From an uncultured virus (IMG/VR IMGVR_UViG_3300034418_005550) (Duplodnaviria > Heunggongvirae > Uroviricota > Caudoviricetes), in IMG/VR virus record IMGVR_UViG_3300034418_005550: DNA of 64,000 nucleotides; one strand, written 5' to 3'. This document shows positions 1 through 9,926 of the stretch, piece by piece (positions within the stretch are counted from its first letter, which is position 1; each line of letters starts with the position of its first letter). The position numbers were made by a program, and so were the translations under genes. Under the pieces are notes generated by a model. The model had not been told where the DNA came from and did no database searches. It saw only the letters and a program-made list of their open reading frames with translations.

Positions 1-161
1 CTAGCATTTTCAGTATGTATTAATTCTAATTGTCCAAAAGTAGTCCATTTATTATCTGCTATAAGGTTGTTAATATCATTTGGATCAAACACACCTGTAT
101 TATTACCAAAACTTTGTGTTGGTTCTGCACCTTTATATCCATATTTCAAATCATCTGCCAT
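1..161 (-). CDS. Tail-associated paralog family protein, N-terminal part (partial)
   Basis: Starts MADDLKYGYKGAEPTQSFGNN, nearly identical to N-terminus of 33039-33689. Confidence 0.85.
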   Translation of the reverse strand, partial: MADDLKYGYKGAEPTQSFGNNTGVFDPNDINNLIADNKWTTFGQLELIHTENA

Positions 162-163
162 TG

Positions 164-676
164 TTATACCACCTTATATAAAGTAAATGTTCCACTTGCT
201 ATGTTTCCTGTTTGAAAACTTAAATTTACACCATCACAACTGCTAGTGCTTGTAAAAACTCCACCACCTTGATTTCCCTGTAAATTTCCTGCATTAGTTC
301 TTGTACTTTCTTCAACTGTAACAAAACTATATTCACTTGCATTATTGAAATTATATAAATACATTAATCCATTAGTGCTTTCATTAGCACCTGTTCCTGT
401 ATAAGAAAATATAAACCAATAAGATTGATTTGTGGAACTACCATTAGAAAATGTTGTATTTCCTTTCATTTGTTTATAAGCATAATCATAATTACTTGTG
501 CTATTTGGTGTTCCACTTTCAGTAACTCTAACTTGCACTAATTGTGTATCATTACTTGGAACTACATTATTCATAGCAACCATATAAACATCATCACTAT
601 CTATGCCTGTTAAGGTAACACTAGCAACTGCACTTGTTACTGTTTCTGTTGCTACTTGAATTAATTGTCCTGCCAT
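164..676 (-). CDS. Putative tail fibre/receptor-binding cassette protein
   Basis: 170 aa, beta-rich S/T/G/N, C-terminal GTFTLYKVV; homolog of 33692-34201; downstream of tail genes. Confidence 0.6.
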   Translation of the reverse strand: MAGQLIQVATETVTSAVASVTLTGIDSDDVYMVAMNNVVPSNDTQLVQVRVTESGTPNSTSNYDYAYKQMKGNTTFSNGSSTNQSYWFIFSYTGTGANESTNGLMYLYNFNNASEYSFVTVEESTRTNAGNLQGNQGGGVFTSTSSCDGVNLSFQTGNIASGTFTLYKVV

Positions 677-1197
677 TAGCTATCTACTCTCAATCCATAA
701 GTTCTTATAACACCACTAGCTATTGAATTAGCAGTTGCAAGTACATTGAAACCTGTCATTGAAGCAGTTTGTTTTAATACTGCAATACTTTTGTGTCCAT
801 AATATCCACCTGTTTGTGCTGAAGCCTGTGATAACAAAAAACTATAAGATGATGATGAATATGGATTGAAAATGTATGTTGTAACACTACTGCTCTCTGG
901 TGTTAAATCAAGATATGAAATAAGCTCTGTTCTTGTTGTATTAGTTTCTCTATTTTCACTAAAACTTGCACCACTATCTAACTGTAAAGTAGCACTATCA
1001 TAATTACTTGCTGACACAACACTTCCACTTGCATTTATAAATCTATATCTAAGTTGTGCAACTGATGATGAATTTAAACTTGCATTATTAATTGTTACTT
1101 GATATATATCAAAATCTGCTGAAAATACATCTGTTATATCAACACTTGCAACATCAGAAGTTATTTCAGTTTCATTAATTAATCTTAGGTTACTCAT
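676..1197 (-). CDS. Putative tail fibre/receptor-binding cassette protein
   Basis: 173 aa paralog; homolog of 34201-34725. Confidence 0.6.
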   Translation of the reverse strand: MSNLRLINETEITSDVASVDITDVFSADFDIYQVTINNASLNSSSVAQLRYRFINASGSVVSASNYDSATLQLDSGASFSENRETNTTRTELISYLDLTPESSSVTTYIFNPYSSSSYSFLLSQASAQTGGYYGHKSIAVLKQTASMTGFNVLATANSIASGVIRTYGLRVDS

Positions 1198-1808
1198 ATC
1201 TGTTTTACTCCATAAAGTTTTATAAAACCTTGATTTAAAAAATTGTAAGTTCCATTATAAAATTTTAAAGCATTAATTGTTTCAGCAGTTTTATATACTC
1301 CACCACCAAATCTAAAAGCATTTGCAAAATAAGCGTGTAAATTAAAAAAAGTATATTTGCTAGAATTTCCTGCATTATACATATACATATAACCAGAATA
1401 TGGAGTATTTTGAACATTTTGCATTATTCTATCTAAACTGTCATAATTTAATCTTGTTACTTCAGAAAAACTGCCTGTAGTTCCACAACTTTGGTAAGCA
1501 GTATCATAAACACTTCCACTTTCATAAGTAGAGCCATTGTCATTTGATACCCTTACTCTTACTGTATCTCCAGCAGTAGTCCACTCAATATTAGACCATT
1601 GAAATAAATGAACATCATATTTACTTTCTTGTAAGTTTGTAAATTCTATAGTAGTTGTACTTCCATTAGGAATTTGTGTATCAATAAGTTCTAAGCTACC
1701 ACCAAGTTTTCCTTGTGATTGAAGTTCAGCTACATCAGTAATAGAAAAGACACCACTATTAGATACAGTTTGATTAGGTTGATTTTGTCCTAGATAACCA
1801 TAAGGCAT
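1194..1808 (-). CDS. Putative tail fibre/receptor-binding cassette protein
   Basis: 204 aa; first ~43 aa identical to 34722-35330. Confidence 0.6.
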   Translation of the reverse strand: MPYGYLGQNQPNQTVSNSGVFSITDVAELQSQGKLGGSLELIDTQIPNGSTTTIEFTNLQESKYDVHLFQWSNIEWTTAGDTVRVRVSNDNGSTYESGSVYDTAYQSCGTTGSFSEVTRLNYDSLDRIMQNVQNTPYSGYMYMYNAGNSSKYTFFNLHAYFANAFRFGGGVYKTAETINALKFYNGTYNFLNQGFIKLYGVKQI

Positions 1809-1818
1809 TTGAACTCCT

Positions 1819-2148
1819 TTAGGTTATTTCTAAAATACTTGCAAACGCCTGTAAATCGCCAGACGCATTACCGCCTGTCAAATCAATCTTATCGCCATTT
1901 TCTAAAAATAATTTAGAAGTTCCTGCTAACTCAATTGTGCTATCTGCTGGAACTGAAATAGTATAAGCAATTTTTGCACTACCAGAAGTTCCGTCAATAA
2001 CATCAGCAGTAATTGTATCATCGGTAGCACCATCAACATTTGTTATTCTAAGTGTTACAACTATTCCAGATCCTCCACTTGAATTTGTATATAATGTTTG
2101 AGCAGATGATGTGACATCTAAATATGCATTTTTGTAAGCCTCAGCCAT
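1819..2148 (-). CDS. Virion tail-associated protein
   Basis: 109 aa, nearly identical to 35341-35670. Confidence 0.6.
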   Translation of the reverse strand: MAEAYKNAYLDVTSSAQTLYTNSSGGSGIVVTLRITNVDGATDDTITADVIDGTSGSAKIAYTISVPADSTIELAGTSKLFLENGDKIDLTGGNASGDLQAFASILEIT

Positions 2149-2158
2149 TTTTTCCTCT

Positions 2159-2608
2159 CTATCCTAAAGCCAATATTAGTCCAACAGTTGCCCCTGCGGG
2201 TGCTAAATTTGCAATATCTTGAGCTGTTGTTTTCTTAATATTATTAGAATCTGATATGTCCCCTATAATAACTTCATCGCCACCCGCTACAGTTACAGAA
2301 GTTTGAGAATTGACATCAACTGCTAAAGATACCGCACCAGAAGTTCCTCCACCAGATAAGCCTGCACCTGCTGTAATTCCTGTAATATCGCCCTCGCCAA
2401 TAAAATTTGCCCAAGAAGATCCATTGTAAAATTGTAAATCGTTTGAATCTTTTAGATAACAAAACATGCCTTCTTCAGCAGAAGTGACAGCTGCGTCTCT
2501 GGCGGTAGAGTCGTCAAAAACCATGACTACTTGCTCTTGTATGTAATTATTGAAGTCTGAGGCATTAACCAGATCGCCTGTGCTCCAAACTTTAAAACCT
2601 GCTCCCAT
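2159..2608 (-). CDS. Minor tail/fibre adaptor protein
   Basis: GDITGITAGAGLSGGG fibre-like motif; follows distal tail gene; homolog 35681-36133. Confidence 0.6.
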   Translation of the reverse strand: MGAGFKVWSTGDLVNASDFNNYIQEQVVMVFDDSTARDAAVTSAEEGMFCYLKDSNDLQFYNGSSWANFIGEGDITGITAGAGLSGGGTSGAVSLAVDVNSQTSVTVAGGDEVIIGDISDSNNIKKTTAQDIANLAPAGATVGLILALG

Positions 2609-2630
2609 ATTATTAATTGCTCCTTTTTGT

Positions 2631-3899
2631 CTAAGTATAAACCAATCTTGTGCCTTCGCCCAACTTTGCTTGTCCTAATACCCAACCTGCTGAACCTGCA
2701 GGGCTAAGTGTTAAATTCCAATTCCAAGTTTGTGTGCTTGCATTTACATTATGGCTTATTGATTCAATCCATAATTCATCAGTATAGTCAGAAGAATCTG
2801 GATTGACTACTTTGACCAATATTCTGTCACCGAAGTTTAAATCAAGAGCTTTAGGCCATATATTGACATCTTCTCGTGGATTAATTTTTAAGCTATCAAT
2901 TCTAACAATAGGCAAAGCAGTTTCGCTAATTTTTTGTTCAATAATACTTAAGACATCAGAATCATTTACATTGATAGTCGATTGAGTTGAGGCTATTGGT
3001 CTGTATCTAGTTATAGAATTTGCGTCAGAAACAAATTGAGATGAGCCACCAGATCTAGTCCATTCGTAAATATTAATAACCTCATTTAAGTCAAAAGATG
3101 AAACAACATCTTGATAAGGCAAATATGTTCCGTCATTACTAAAAGACGCTTGAACATTTACAGCTTTAGTGTTTGATAATCTATAATCACGATTTCTAAA
3201 TATTGCCGTTCCGTCTGGATTCATAAAAAATTGGGCATTCTCAGCTTTTTCTACTTCTCTTAATAATGTAAGAACATCAGAAGTTTTTGTTGATTGAGTT
3301 TGAACATTTACAGTTCCAGTATTTATATTACGAAGAGATGAGGGGAATTGTATTTGGTCTAATAATCTTGTAATTCTTGCACTAGATAATTCTTCTTCAT
3401 CTTCATATCCCATTACAGTTGATATACCTATTTCAGAAAAACCACCCCTGCCTAATCTCCACCCAGATGAATTTAAAGTGATTGAGTTAAATATTTTAAA
3501 AGCATCGACACAATTAAAACGAACAACTGAATCTGCACCAATTGCAGGATAAGATACAGGGATAGTATCAAGAAAACCATAAAACAAATCATATGTAGTT
3601 GAATCATAAGTTGCTTTTATTCTTACTACCTTATGAGGTTGAATTTTAGTAATACCATTTACATTGTCATAATAAGGTGAAGAAGTATTGTTAGGATTAA
3701 ATCGATTGTCTGCATTTGATAATAATATTTGTGCAGTTCCTCCAACGAATTGTCCTAATTCATTTGCTCTTCCCCTTTTTGTAGTAAATTGTCTTACATA
3801 AGTTGATACATCTGTAAAAGTTATTGAGCTGTCGAATGGATCAGAATCAAAACCAATTTCAACAGTTAAATCAACATTGGAATCAAAAGCAACACTCAT
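2631..3899 (-). CDS. Minor tail protein (distal tail/baseplate hub-like)
   Basis: 422 aa directly after tape measure; homolog 36144-37412. Confidence 0.7.
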   Translation of the reverse strand: MSVAFDSNVDLTVEIGFDSDPFDSSITFTDVSTYVRQFTTKRGRANELGQFVGGTAQILLSNADNRFNPNNTSSPYYDNVNGITKIQPHKVVRIKATYDSTTYDLFYGFLDTIPVSYPAIGADSVVRFNCVDAFKIFNSITLNSSGWRLGRGGFSEIGISTVMGYEDEEELSSARITRLLDQIQFPSSLRNINTGTVNVQTQSTKTSDVLTLLREVEKAENAQFFMNPDGTAIFRNRDYRLSNTKAVNVQASFSNDGTYLPYQDVVSSFDLNEVINIYEWTRSGGSSQFVSDANSITRYRPIASTQSTINVNDSDVLSIIEQKISETALPIVRIDSLKINPREDVNIWPKALDLNFGDRILVKVVNPDSSDYTDELWIESISHNVNASTQTWNWNLTLSPAGSAGWVLGQAKLGEGTRLVYT

Positions 3900-6385
3900 T
3901 AAAAAGCCACATTAATTCCACGCCTTGCACCTTCTTGAAGTGCTTTAGCTACTGCCTCTTCAATATCAGTTCCACTTGCTAAGGCTGCACCTACATTAAC
4001 TGTAACCAAATTTGTATTATTATATCTTGCTAATCCACCGCCAATGTCTGTAAAAGTACCTCTTGTTGGAACTTCTGCACCACCACTTGGTGGAAATTTT
4101 AATCCGCCACCAGATCCGCCACCAGATCCGCCACCACTTGAAGGAATACTTGGGGCTGATACGCCTACACGACTTTGCTTAGCAAACATTTCATCATACA
4201 TTTTGTTTATCTTTCCAATTTCGATTCCAGTTATTTGAGCCATTTTTTTAATAGCGTCTTCATAGCCTTTTGTTCCCTCACCGAAACTGGCTAGAGCTTT
4301 TGTTAATTGTTCTTGTGCTATTGCTTGTTCAAGTGTATTTCTAAAACTTTGTTCTGATACTTTGTTCAATTCTTTTTGAGCCTCAGTGACTCTATCTATA
4401 GCCTCAGTTCTTAAGTCTTCAGCTCTTGTTAAATCTTTTTCAGCTTGTTCTACAGCTCTTAATGCGTCTTTTTCTTCTCTGGATAACGCTGTAGATTCTT
4501 CTATCAATTTTGCTAACTCTTGTTGAGCTAGTTGTAGCTCTAGTTTTTGGATCGTGGAGAGTTCTTCTTGTTCTTGTAAAGCTCTTATTGTTTCTTTTTG
4601 TCGCTCTATTGCTAACTGTTCTTCTAATGTAACTTTTGCCCCTATACCTTGAACACTTGCTAGATGTTGTTTTGCTTTATCTAAATTCTCTGTAGCTTTT
4701 TCTACTTGTTCTTCAGCTTTAATTTGTTTTTCTAGTGCTTTATTTCTTTTATTTTCTGCGTTATTGACTCTGTCTTGAATAGATTGCATTTTATCAAGTG
4801 CATTCATTACTGACTGCAATCCGCCTAGTAATCCGTCTTCATATGCTTGTGCAGTTTCAAGTGCTTCTTTTGCGTTTTCATCTAAGGCGATTGCGTTTTG
4901 GTCAAGTAAAGAAGTTAATTGTGAAACTGTGTAATTTGTTCCATCTAAAATTTCGTCAAGTGATAAAGTTGAATCCACCAGATCTTCTGTTTTTTTACCT
5001 ACAAAACCTGTATAATATTCTTGCAATTTATAAGCATTAGTAAGTCGTTCTGCTTTTTCTGCAGCCTCTTCATATTTATCATTACTTTTTCCAATAGCCT
5101 TAAATAATTTACTTAAGCCTGTAACCACTAATGAAATACCTGGAAATAAAGCAAAAGACAATATTTTTGCAACTGTTTTTAATTTTACGCCCATTATTTC
5201 AATTGGTGCATTTGCACTATTTAATCTATTTCTAAAATTTTGTATTCTTTCAACAGATGTAGTTAAATTTGAAACCAAATTTTTAAGAAAAGGCATTAAT
5301 TCTTCGCCTAATGTTATTGCTAAATTTTGTAAATTATTTCTAAGTAGTTGTGTCTGTGCTTTAAAACTTTCAAGTTGTTTTTCTGCAATAGCTTGTGTAG
5401 TTCCGCCTGCTCTTCTTAATTCATGTTCATAATTACGGATCTGGTCTGTCGAACCACTTAAAATCTTTACTGCGTCTGCTACACCACGATTAAGTCCTAA
5501 TTGATCCAAAGTCGCAGCTTTCATTTCATCTGACATTGGCCCCAAAACTCTATCAAGTTCTTCAACTATATCAGCAACATTCTTCATCTTGCCTTCTGAA
5601 TCGAACATTTGAAGTCCTAGCGCAGCAAATGCCTCACTATTTTTTGCGGTAGCTCTTGGAATATCTCGAAGAACTTGGTTAAGTTTTTCACCACCCTCAG
5701 CACCTTTAACACCCCTATCAGCGAATGCTGCAAGAACGGCTACACCCTCTTCTACATCTTTATTAACAACCTTTAAAGCTGCACCTGCTTTAGTAGTTAA
5801 AGCCTCAGCAAATTGTTGAACACTTGCGTTTGCTAAAGTGTTAGCTTTTACAAGAACATCTGTAACTCTTGTTAATCCCATGAGGTTTTCTCTTGCGTCT
5901 TTTGAAGTTAAACCTAAAGCTGATTGAGCGTCAGTTGCTAAGTCGGTAGCTGTAGCCATGTCGAACATACCTGCTTGGGCAAAGGCAGCAACTTGGGGCA
6001 AAGCTGCAATAGATTGTTCTGCGTCTAAACCTGCAGACGCTAAGAAGAAGAACGCCTCAGCTGATTGGTCAGCAGAAATTGTAGTTTCAGTTGCTACTTG
6101 TCTTGCCGCCATAGCCATTTGCTCTTGCTGAAGAGTAGTAGTTTTCATGATTGCAAGAGATTGCGTCATCTTGTCTTCAAATTCAGTAAATGCTTGAACA
6201 GATTCTATAACGCCTTTTGCTAAAGCAAGAACTGCACCTGCTGCGACAGCTGCACCAACTTTTGCAAAATTTGCTAGTTTAGTTCCTGCAAGTTTTCCGC
6301 TTTTACCTAATGTCTCAAGCTGACCTCTAGCTACATTTGCCCCTTTTGTAGCTATCCTAATTATTAAGTCTGCACCTGCTCCCAT
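3899..6385 (-). CDS. Tail tape measure protein (TP901-family core)
   Basis: 828 aa, Ala-rich, FEDKM...SAEAFFFLASAGLDA motifs, coiled coil. Confidence 0.93.
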   Translation of the reverse strand: MGAGADLIIRIATKGANVARGQLETLGKSGKLAGTKLANFAKVGAAVAAGAVLALAKGVIESVQAFTEFEDKMTQSLAIMKTTTLQQEQMAMAARQVATETTISADQSAEAFFFLASAGLDAEQSIAALPQVAAFAQAGMFDMATATDLATDAQSALGLTSKDARENLMGLTRVTDVLVKANTLANASVQQFAEALTTKAGAALKVVNKDVEEGVAVLAAFADRGVKGAEGGEKLNQVLRDIPRATAKNSEAFAALGLQMFDSEGKMKNVADIVEELDRVLGPMSDEMKAATLDQLGLNRGVADAVKILSGSTDQIRNYEHELRRAGGTTQAIAEKQLESFKAQTQLLRNNLQNLAITLGEELMPFLKNLVSNLTTSVERIQNFRNRLNSANAPIEIMGVKLKTVAKILSFALFPGISLVVTGLSKLFKAIGKSNDKYEEAAEKAERLTNAYKLQEYYTGFVGKKTEDLVDSTLSLDEILDGTNYTVSQLTSLLDQNAIALDENAKEALETAQAYEDGLLGGLQSVMNALDKMQSIQDRVNNAENKRNKALEKQIKAEEQVEKATENLDKAKQHLASVQGIGAKVTLEEQLAIERQKETIRALQEQEELSTIQKLELQLAQQELAKLIEESTALSREEKDALRAVEQAEKDLTRAEDLRTEAIDRVTEAQKELNKVSEQSFRNTLEQAIAQEQLTKALASFGEGTKGYEDAIKKMAQITGIEIGKINKMYDEMFAKQSRVGVSAPSIPSSGGGSGGGSGGGLKFPPSGGAEVPTRGTFTDIGGGLARYNNTNLVTVNVGAALASGTDIEEAVAKALQEGARRGINVAF

Positions 6386-6577
6386 TTATCTTGTCCTTTT
6401 TTTGCTTTCAGCGTCTGCTATTGCTATTGCTTTATTTCGTTCTTCTTGTTCCCAAAGGTAAAAAGTTGCCCATTGGTTGAACTCTTTTAATGACATAGTA
6501 GCTTGTAATTCACCTACTGTCATGCATAAGTCCCTAGCTAGTCTAAAGCGGAAGGCAAGATCTGGATTATTCTTGAA
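6386..6577 (-). CDS. Tail assembly chaperone C-terminal frame (gpGT-like, probable frameshift product)
   Basis: Missing from ORF track; FKNNPDLAFRFRLARDLCMTVGELQATMS...W matches 39758-39946. Confidence 0.8.
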   Translation of the reverse strand, partial: FKNNPDLAFRFRLARDLCMTVGELQATMSLKEFNQWATFYLWEQEERNKAIAIADAESKKRTR

Positions 6578-6908
6578 ACTCGTCAGACATTAAAGTCTGG
6601 TCATCATCTCCAATCCCATTTAAGTTTGATATTTCAATAAATAGCCTGTCGATGATTTGAGCGTCCAGATCGTATAATTTTTCGATTGCCTCATCATCTA
6701 GCTTTGGATCTATAACGCTCACTTGCAATAGAGCTTTTTGATAATCAAAAGCGTCTTTTGATTCATCTTGAGTTATACGAGCCAAATCGATTTGCATTTT
6801 TTTTGTTAAACCACGAATGACAACTTTTGCGTTCCATTCTTTTATAACAACTTCTTTTGTTTCAACATTAGGAAGTTTTCCTAAGTTGTCTATATTTAAA
6901 ATGTCCAT
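6567..6908 (-). CDS. Tail assembly chaperone (gpG-like)
   Basis: Between tail tube gene and TMP; homolog 39936-40277. Confidence 0.8.
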   Translation of the reverse strand: MDILNIDNLGKLPNVETKEVVIKEWNAKVVIRGLTKKMQIDLARITQDESKDAFDYQKALLQVSVIDPKLDDEAIEKLYDLDAQIIDRLFIEISNLNGIGDDDQTLMSDEFQE

Positions 6909-6927
6909 ATGCGTCCTTTATGAATTA

Positions 6928-7338
6928 TTAGTGTGTGCCTCTTGTGACAGCACCGCTTACTTGAAAATCTGCGGAATATGCAACTACATCGCCTACAGGT
7001 GAACTTTGAGCGTAGCTTGTCAAAATACATTCGCCTGTATATTTGATATTGCCGCCTGTTGTTCCCTCTGGTGAGTATTCAAAAGATAGAGTTGCGGATT
7101 GTCCAACGACAGCTCCCAAAATTCCATCTATTGTGCTGTCCCAAAGTCCTGCTATTGCTATTGTTGCGTCCTTAAGTCCAACAATATAAGTTTTATTGCC
7201 GTCCCCAAGTACAGTTGTTTCAGCAACATCTGCAGTTTCTGGGAAATCCACAGAATTAATGTATGACGATATGTCAGTAAGTGTTCCACCAGAATCGTCT
7301 AGTTTAAAAACACTGTCCTTACCATGTGTAAATGCCAT
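6928..7338 (-). CDS. Major tail (tube) protein
   Basis: 136 aa, ETTVLGD..KTYIVGLKDAT motif, position before chaperone. Confidence 0.8.
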   Translation of the reverse strand: MAFTHGKDSVFKLDDSGGTLTDISSYINSVDFPETADVAETTVLGDGNKTYIVGLKDATIAIAGLWDSTIDGILGAVVGQSATLSFEYSPEGTTGGNIKYTGECILTSYAQSSPVGDVVAYSADFQVSGAVTRGTH

Positions 7339-7358
7339 ATATTGCTCCTATTCTTCTA

Positions 7359-8069
7359 TTACTTGTTTCTTCCAAAGCCTACAATAGCAGAAAAACTTGG
7401 TGTTGTTCCGCCAATAGTAGCCTCAACTTTTAGATATCTGTTTACAGTAGTTCCCTCAGCTACATATTTTATTTCACTTGTAGTCGAAGTGGCTTGTGTA
7501 AATGTTACCAAATCTACATAAGTGACATCATCAGCTGAATGAGTTATTTTAATATCAGCTGTAGGGGAAGTTCCAGACGCAGCAGATACTATTAAAAAAC
7601 CTGCTCCACCGTCAGCGGTTGAAGAGCTGTTATCTCTAGCAGTTCCACTTGTTGTTGAAGTATAAGTTGCACTCTCTAAGATATCGCCATCATATAAACC
7701 ATTATCACTTTGAATATCAATAGAAGTAGCAACTACATCGCCAACTGGAGAGCTAACACCATAATTTGTAATGTTTCCATTTTGAAATCTAACTTTATCG
7801 GTAGCGTCAGTTCCCTCAACGCCAATTAATAAAAGACAATCAGCACCGCCTAAAAGTGGTTGTATAGTTGCGTCAGCTGTTGCGTCAAAAAATCCTGTAA
7901 GTGAAACAGTTCCGTCTTTGTTACCAACTATGTATGTTTTATTTGAGTTTCCAAATGTAGTTGTTTCTGCAATGTCAGCGGATCTGGTCGAATCAGCTGA
8001 ATTAAAATAACTTGAAAAATCTGTTTCGTTTAAATATATTTTTGTATCTTTACCATGCACAAAGGCCAT
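7359..8069 (-). CDS. Tail tube paralog with C-terminal extension
   Basis: N-terminal ~125 aa paralogous to 6928-7338 (MAFxHGKD...SSPVGDVV) plus ~110 aa beta-rich domain. Confidence 0.7.
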   Translation of the reverse strand: MAFVHGKDTKIYLNETDFSSYFNSADSTRSADIAETTTFGNSNKTYIVGNKDGTVSLTGFFDATADATIQPLLGGADCLLLIGVEGTDATDKVRFQNGNITNYGVSSPVGDVVATSIDIQSDNGLYDGDILESATYTSTTSGTARDNSSSTADGGAGFLIVSAASGTSPTADIKITHSADDVTYVDLVTFTQATSTTSEIKYVAEGTTVNRYLKVEATIGGTTPSFSAIVGFGRNK

Positions 8070-8143
8070 TATCTTTTACCACCATTCCTGCGTCTGCCTC
8101 TTCTTCTATTATTACTACCACCAGTTGATCCATACTTAGGCAT
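8069..8143 (-). CDS. 24-aa Arg/Gly-rich micropeptide MPKYGSTGGSNNRRRGRRRNGGKR
   Basis: TAATG-coupled at both ends; positional homolog at 41445-41516. Confidence 0.7.
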   Translation of the reverse strand: MPKYGSTGGSNNRRRGRRRNGGKR

Positions 8144-8358
8144 TATTCTTCCTCAAATTCTGTATCAGTGTCTTCTACTTTTACATTAACACTCTCTTGC
8201 AATTTTTTCTCTTTATAGGCTTTTGTAATTTCTACAATTATCTTTTGTTTCACTAACCATTCCAATGACTCTTTAGGAATGTCACTTTTATTAATAGTGT
8301 CACCTGCAATAAATTCTTTTTTCTTAATTTTTATTCCTGTTAAAACTTCATAAGCCAT
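8143..8358 (-). CDS. Small conserved morphogenesis-region protein
   Basis: DIPKES..WL motif shared with 41516-41683. Confidence 0.75.
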   Translation of the reverse strand: MAYEVLTGIKIKKKEFIAGDTINKSDIPKESLEWLVKQKIIVEITKAYKEKKLQESVNVKVEDTDTEFEEE

Positions 8359-8765
8359 TACGCTAAAACCTCCACTATGAATTCTACACCAAGATAATCA
8401 ATATTGTTTATATTATACACGCCATAATTACTTGCTGATAATACTCTAACAGATTGAGCTTGTCCATTCAATGTTAAGTCAGATTCTATTTGAGCTTTTA
8501 CAGAACTTGCCCCGCTTGAAATCAAATATCCGTCTAAAGTGTTTTGGCTATCTTGTGCGTCCACTCTACCTACATAAAGATAAACTGGAATTTCATATCT
8601 ATCTACACCCCTTTGCATAGTTGCGTCATAGCTTACACGATCCATTACGCCTACAACAGCTGTAGGTGGTTCAACCGAATCTGGAACATATTGATATACA
8701 CTAAGGCTTGTAATATTTGAAAGATTATTTCCAATTTCATTTCTTATGTTTGTTAAGTTCGCCAT
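8358..8765 (-). CDS. Putative tail terminator/completion protein
   Basis: Synteny; homolog 41683-42090. Confidence 0.6.
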   Translation of the reverse strand: MANLTNIRNEIGNNLSNITSLSVYQYVPDSVEPPTAVVGVMDRVSYDATMQRGVDRYEIPVYLYVGRVDAQDSQNTLDGYLISSGASSVKAQIESDLTLNGQAQSVRVLSASNYGVYNINNIDYLGVEFIVEVLA

Positions 8766-8774
8766 TCCAGATCC

Positions 8775-9293
8775 TTATTGTTTGACTGTCATTCTACCAA
8801 CTTTCCATTTGGTTTCAATCGCAATTGCAGCTCCTGCAAGAAGTGCTTTTTTTTCTGCCTCACTATCTCTAATAGCAATTTTAAAAAATGGTATAAGTGG
8901 TGTTCCTTTACGCCCTATGGCTTGTTGAACTGCATAAGGGCTTATGCCGTGGTCATCTGACCAATCTCTTAGAGCTTTAATAGGTGGATAGTGTGGCTTA
9001 CTTCTTGACCATGGTTCTTTTAGTTTAACTTTTTGGTCATAATATCCATGAACATAAAGTGCGTAAGGGCTTCGACTATACAAATCAATTCCCTCAACAA
9101 AACCTGCTGTCTTTACCATATCGAATGTAATAGAGCCACGAAGATTGCCTCGCCAACTAGGTGCAGCTTTTTTTGCAGCGACAGTAATAGTTTGCCCATA
9201 AGCTGAAAAGAAATTACGAAGAGCTACACCTGCTAAGGCGTTGAGCTCCATTCTTTTTCTGAATTGATTTCCGCCAGATATTGTGTTGGCCAT
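8775..9293 (-). CDS. Neck protein (HK97 gp10-like)
   Basis: AP...G.LR.SI, YALYVHG and PFF..A motifs. Confidence 0.7.
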   Translation of the reverse strand: MANTISGGNQFRKRMELNALAGVALRNFFSAYGQTITVAAKKAAPSWRGNLRGSITFDMVKTAGFVEGIDLYSRSPYALYVHGYYDQKVKLKEPWSRSKPHYPPIKALRDWSDDHGISPYAVQQAIGRKGTPLIPFFKIAIRDSEAEKKALLAGAAIAIETKWKVGRMTVKQ

Positions 9294-9919
9294 TATAATC
9301 TATGAACTACTAAATCTTCAATTAATTGTTTAGCGTCTGGATCAAATTTAGTAAATATTTCTATTTGCCCAGTTTGTTCATTTCCTAATACATTAAATGG
9401 TGCGTCTTTGCGTTTAAAAAATCTTAATGATTGAATTAATGCAGCTTGAGTTACAGCTTGAGGAATAGCTGACCAACCCCATTTAGCAGTTATTTTTACA
9501 TTCTTTTGTATTAATGGATCAAATCTTTCAGACGATCTGGTTGGAAGTATTCTTAATTCAGTATAAGGTTTGTAATAAGTATTGCCGTCAGCAATATAAT
9601 TTATTTCAGGATTTACAGGAATCAAAATGAAATCTGTATCTAATGTTAAAGTCGTGTCGTAAGTTCCATTATCAGTTGTATCTAATTCGACAACTAAACC
9701 TGTTGTAGTCGAGAGATCTGGAATCTCCAAGTAGAACTCATTTACAGGGCGAAAATATTTAATTTGTGCTGTAGTATCTTGAAAGAATCTTCTTCCAGTA
9801 TATTGGTCAATTAATCTGCAAGCTGCGTTGATAGCATTGTCAATATTATTATCTTGAGCTGTTCCACTTAAACCGATGTAGCCTTTTAAATCATCTTTAT
9901 CAATATATTGACCAGCCAT
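9293..9919 (-). CDS. Head-tail connector/adaptor
   Basis: I.AA.RLIDQYTGRRF and WGWSAIP..V..A motifs; homolog 43228-43860. Confidence 0.8.
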   Translation of the reverse strand: MAGQYIDKDDLKGYIGLSGTAQDNNIDNAINAACRLIDQYTGRRFFQDTTAQIKYFRPVNEFYLEIPDLSTTTGLVVELDTTDNGTYDTTLTLDTDFILIPVNPEINYIADGNTYYKPYTELRILPTRSSERFDPLIQKNVKITAKWGWSAIPQAVTQAALIQSLRFFKRKDAPFNVLGNEQTGQIEIFTKFDPDAKQLIEDLVVHRL

Positions 9920-9926
9920 TTAAAAC

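Noticed and set aside
4100..4140. CCGCCACCAGAT tandem repeat
   Set aside because: Encodes a GGGS linker in the tape measure protein
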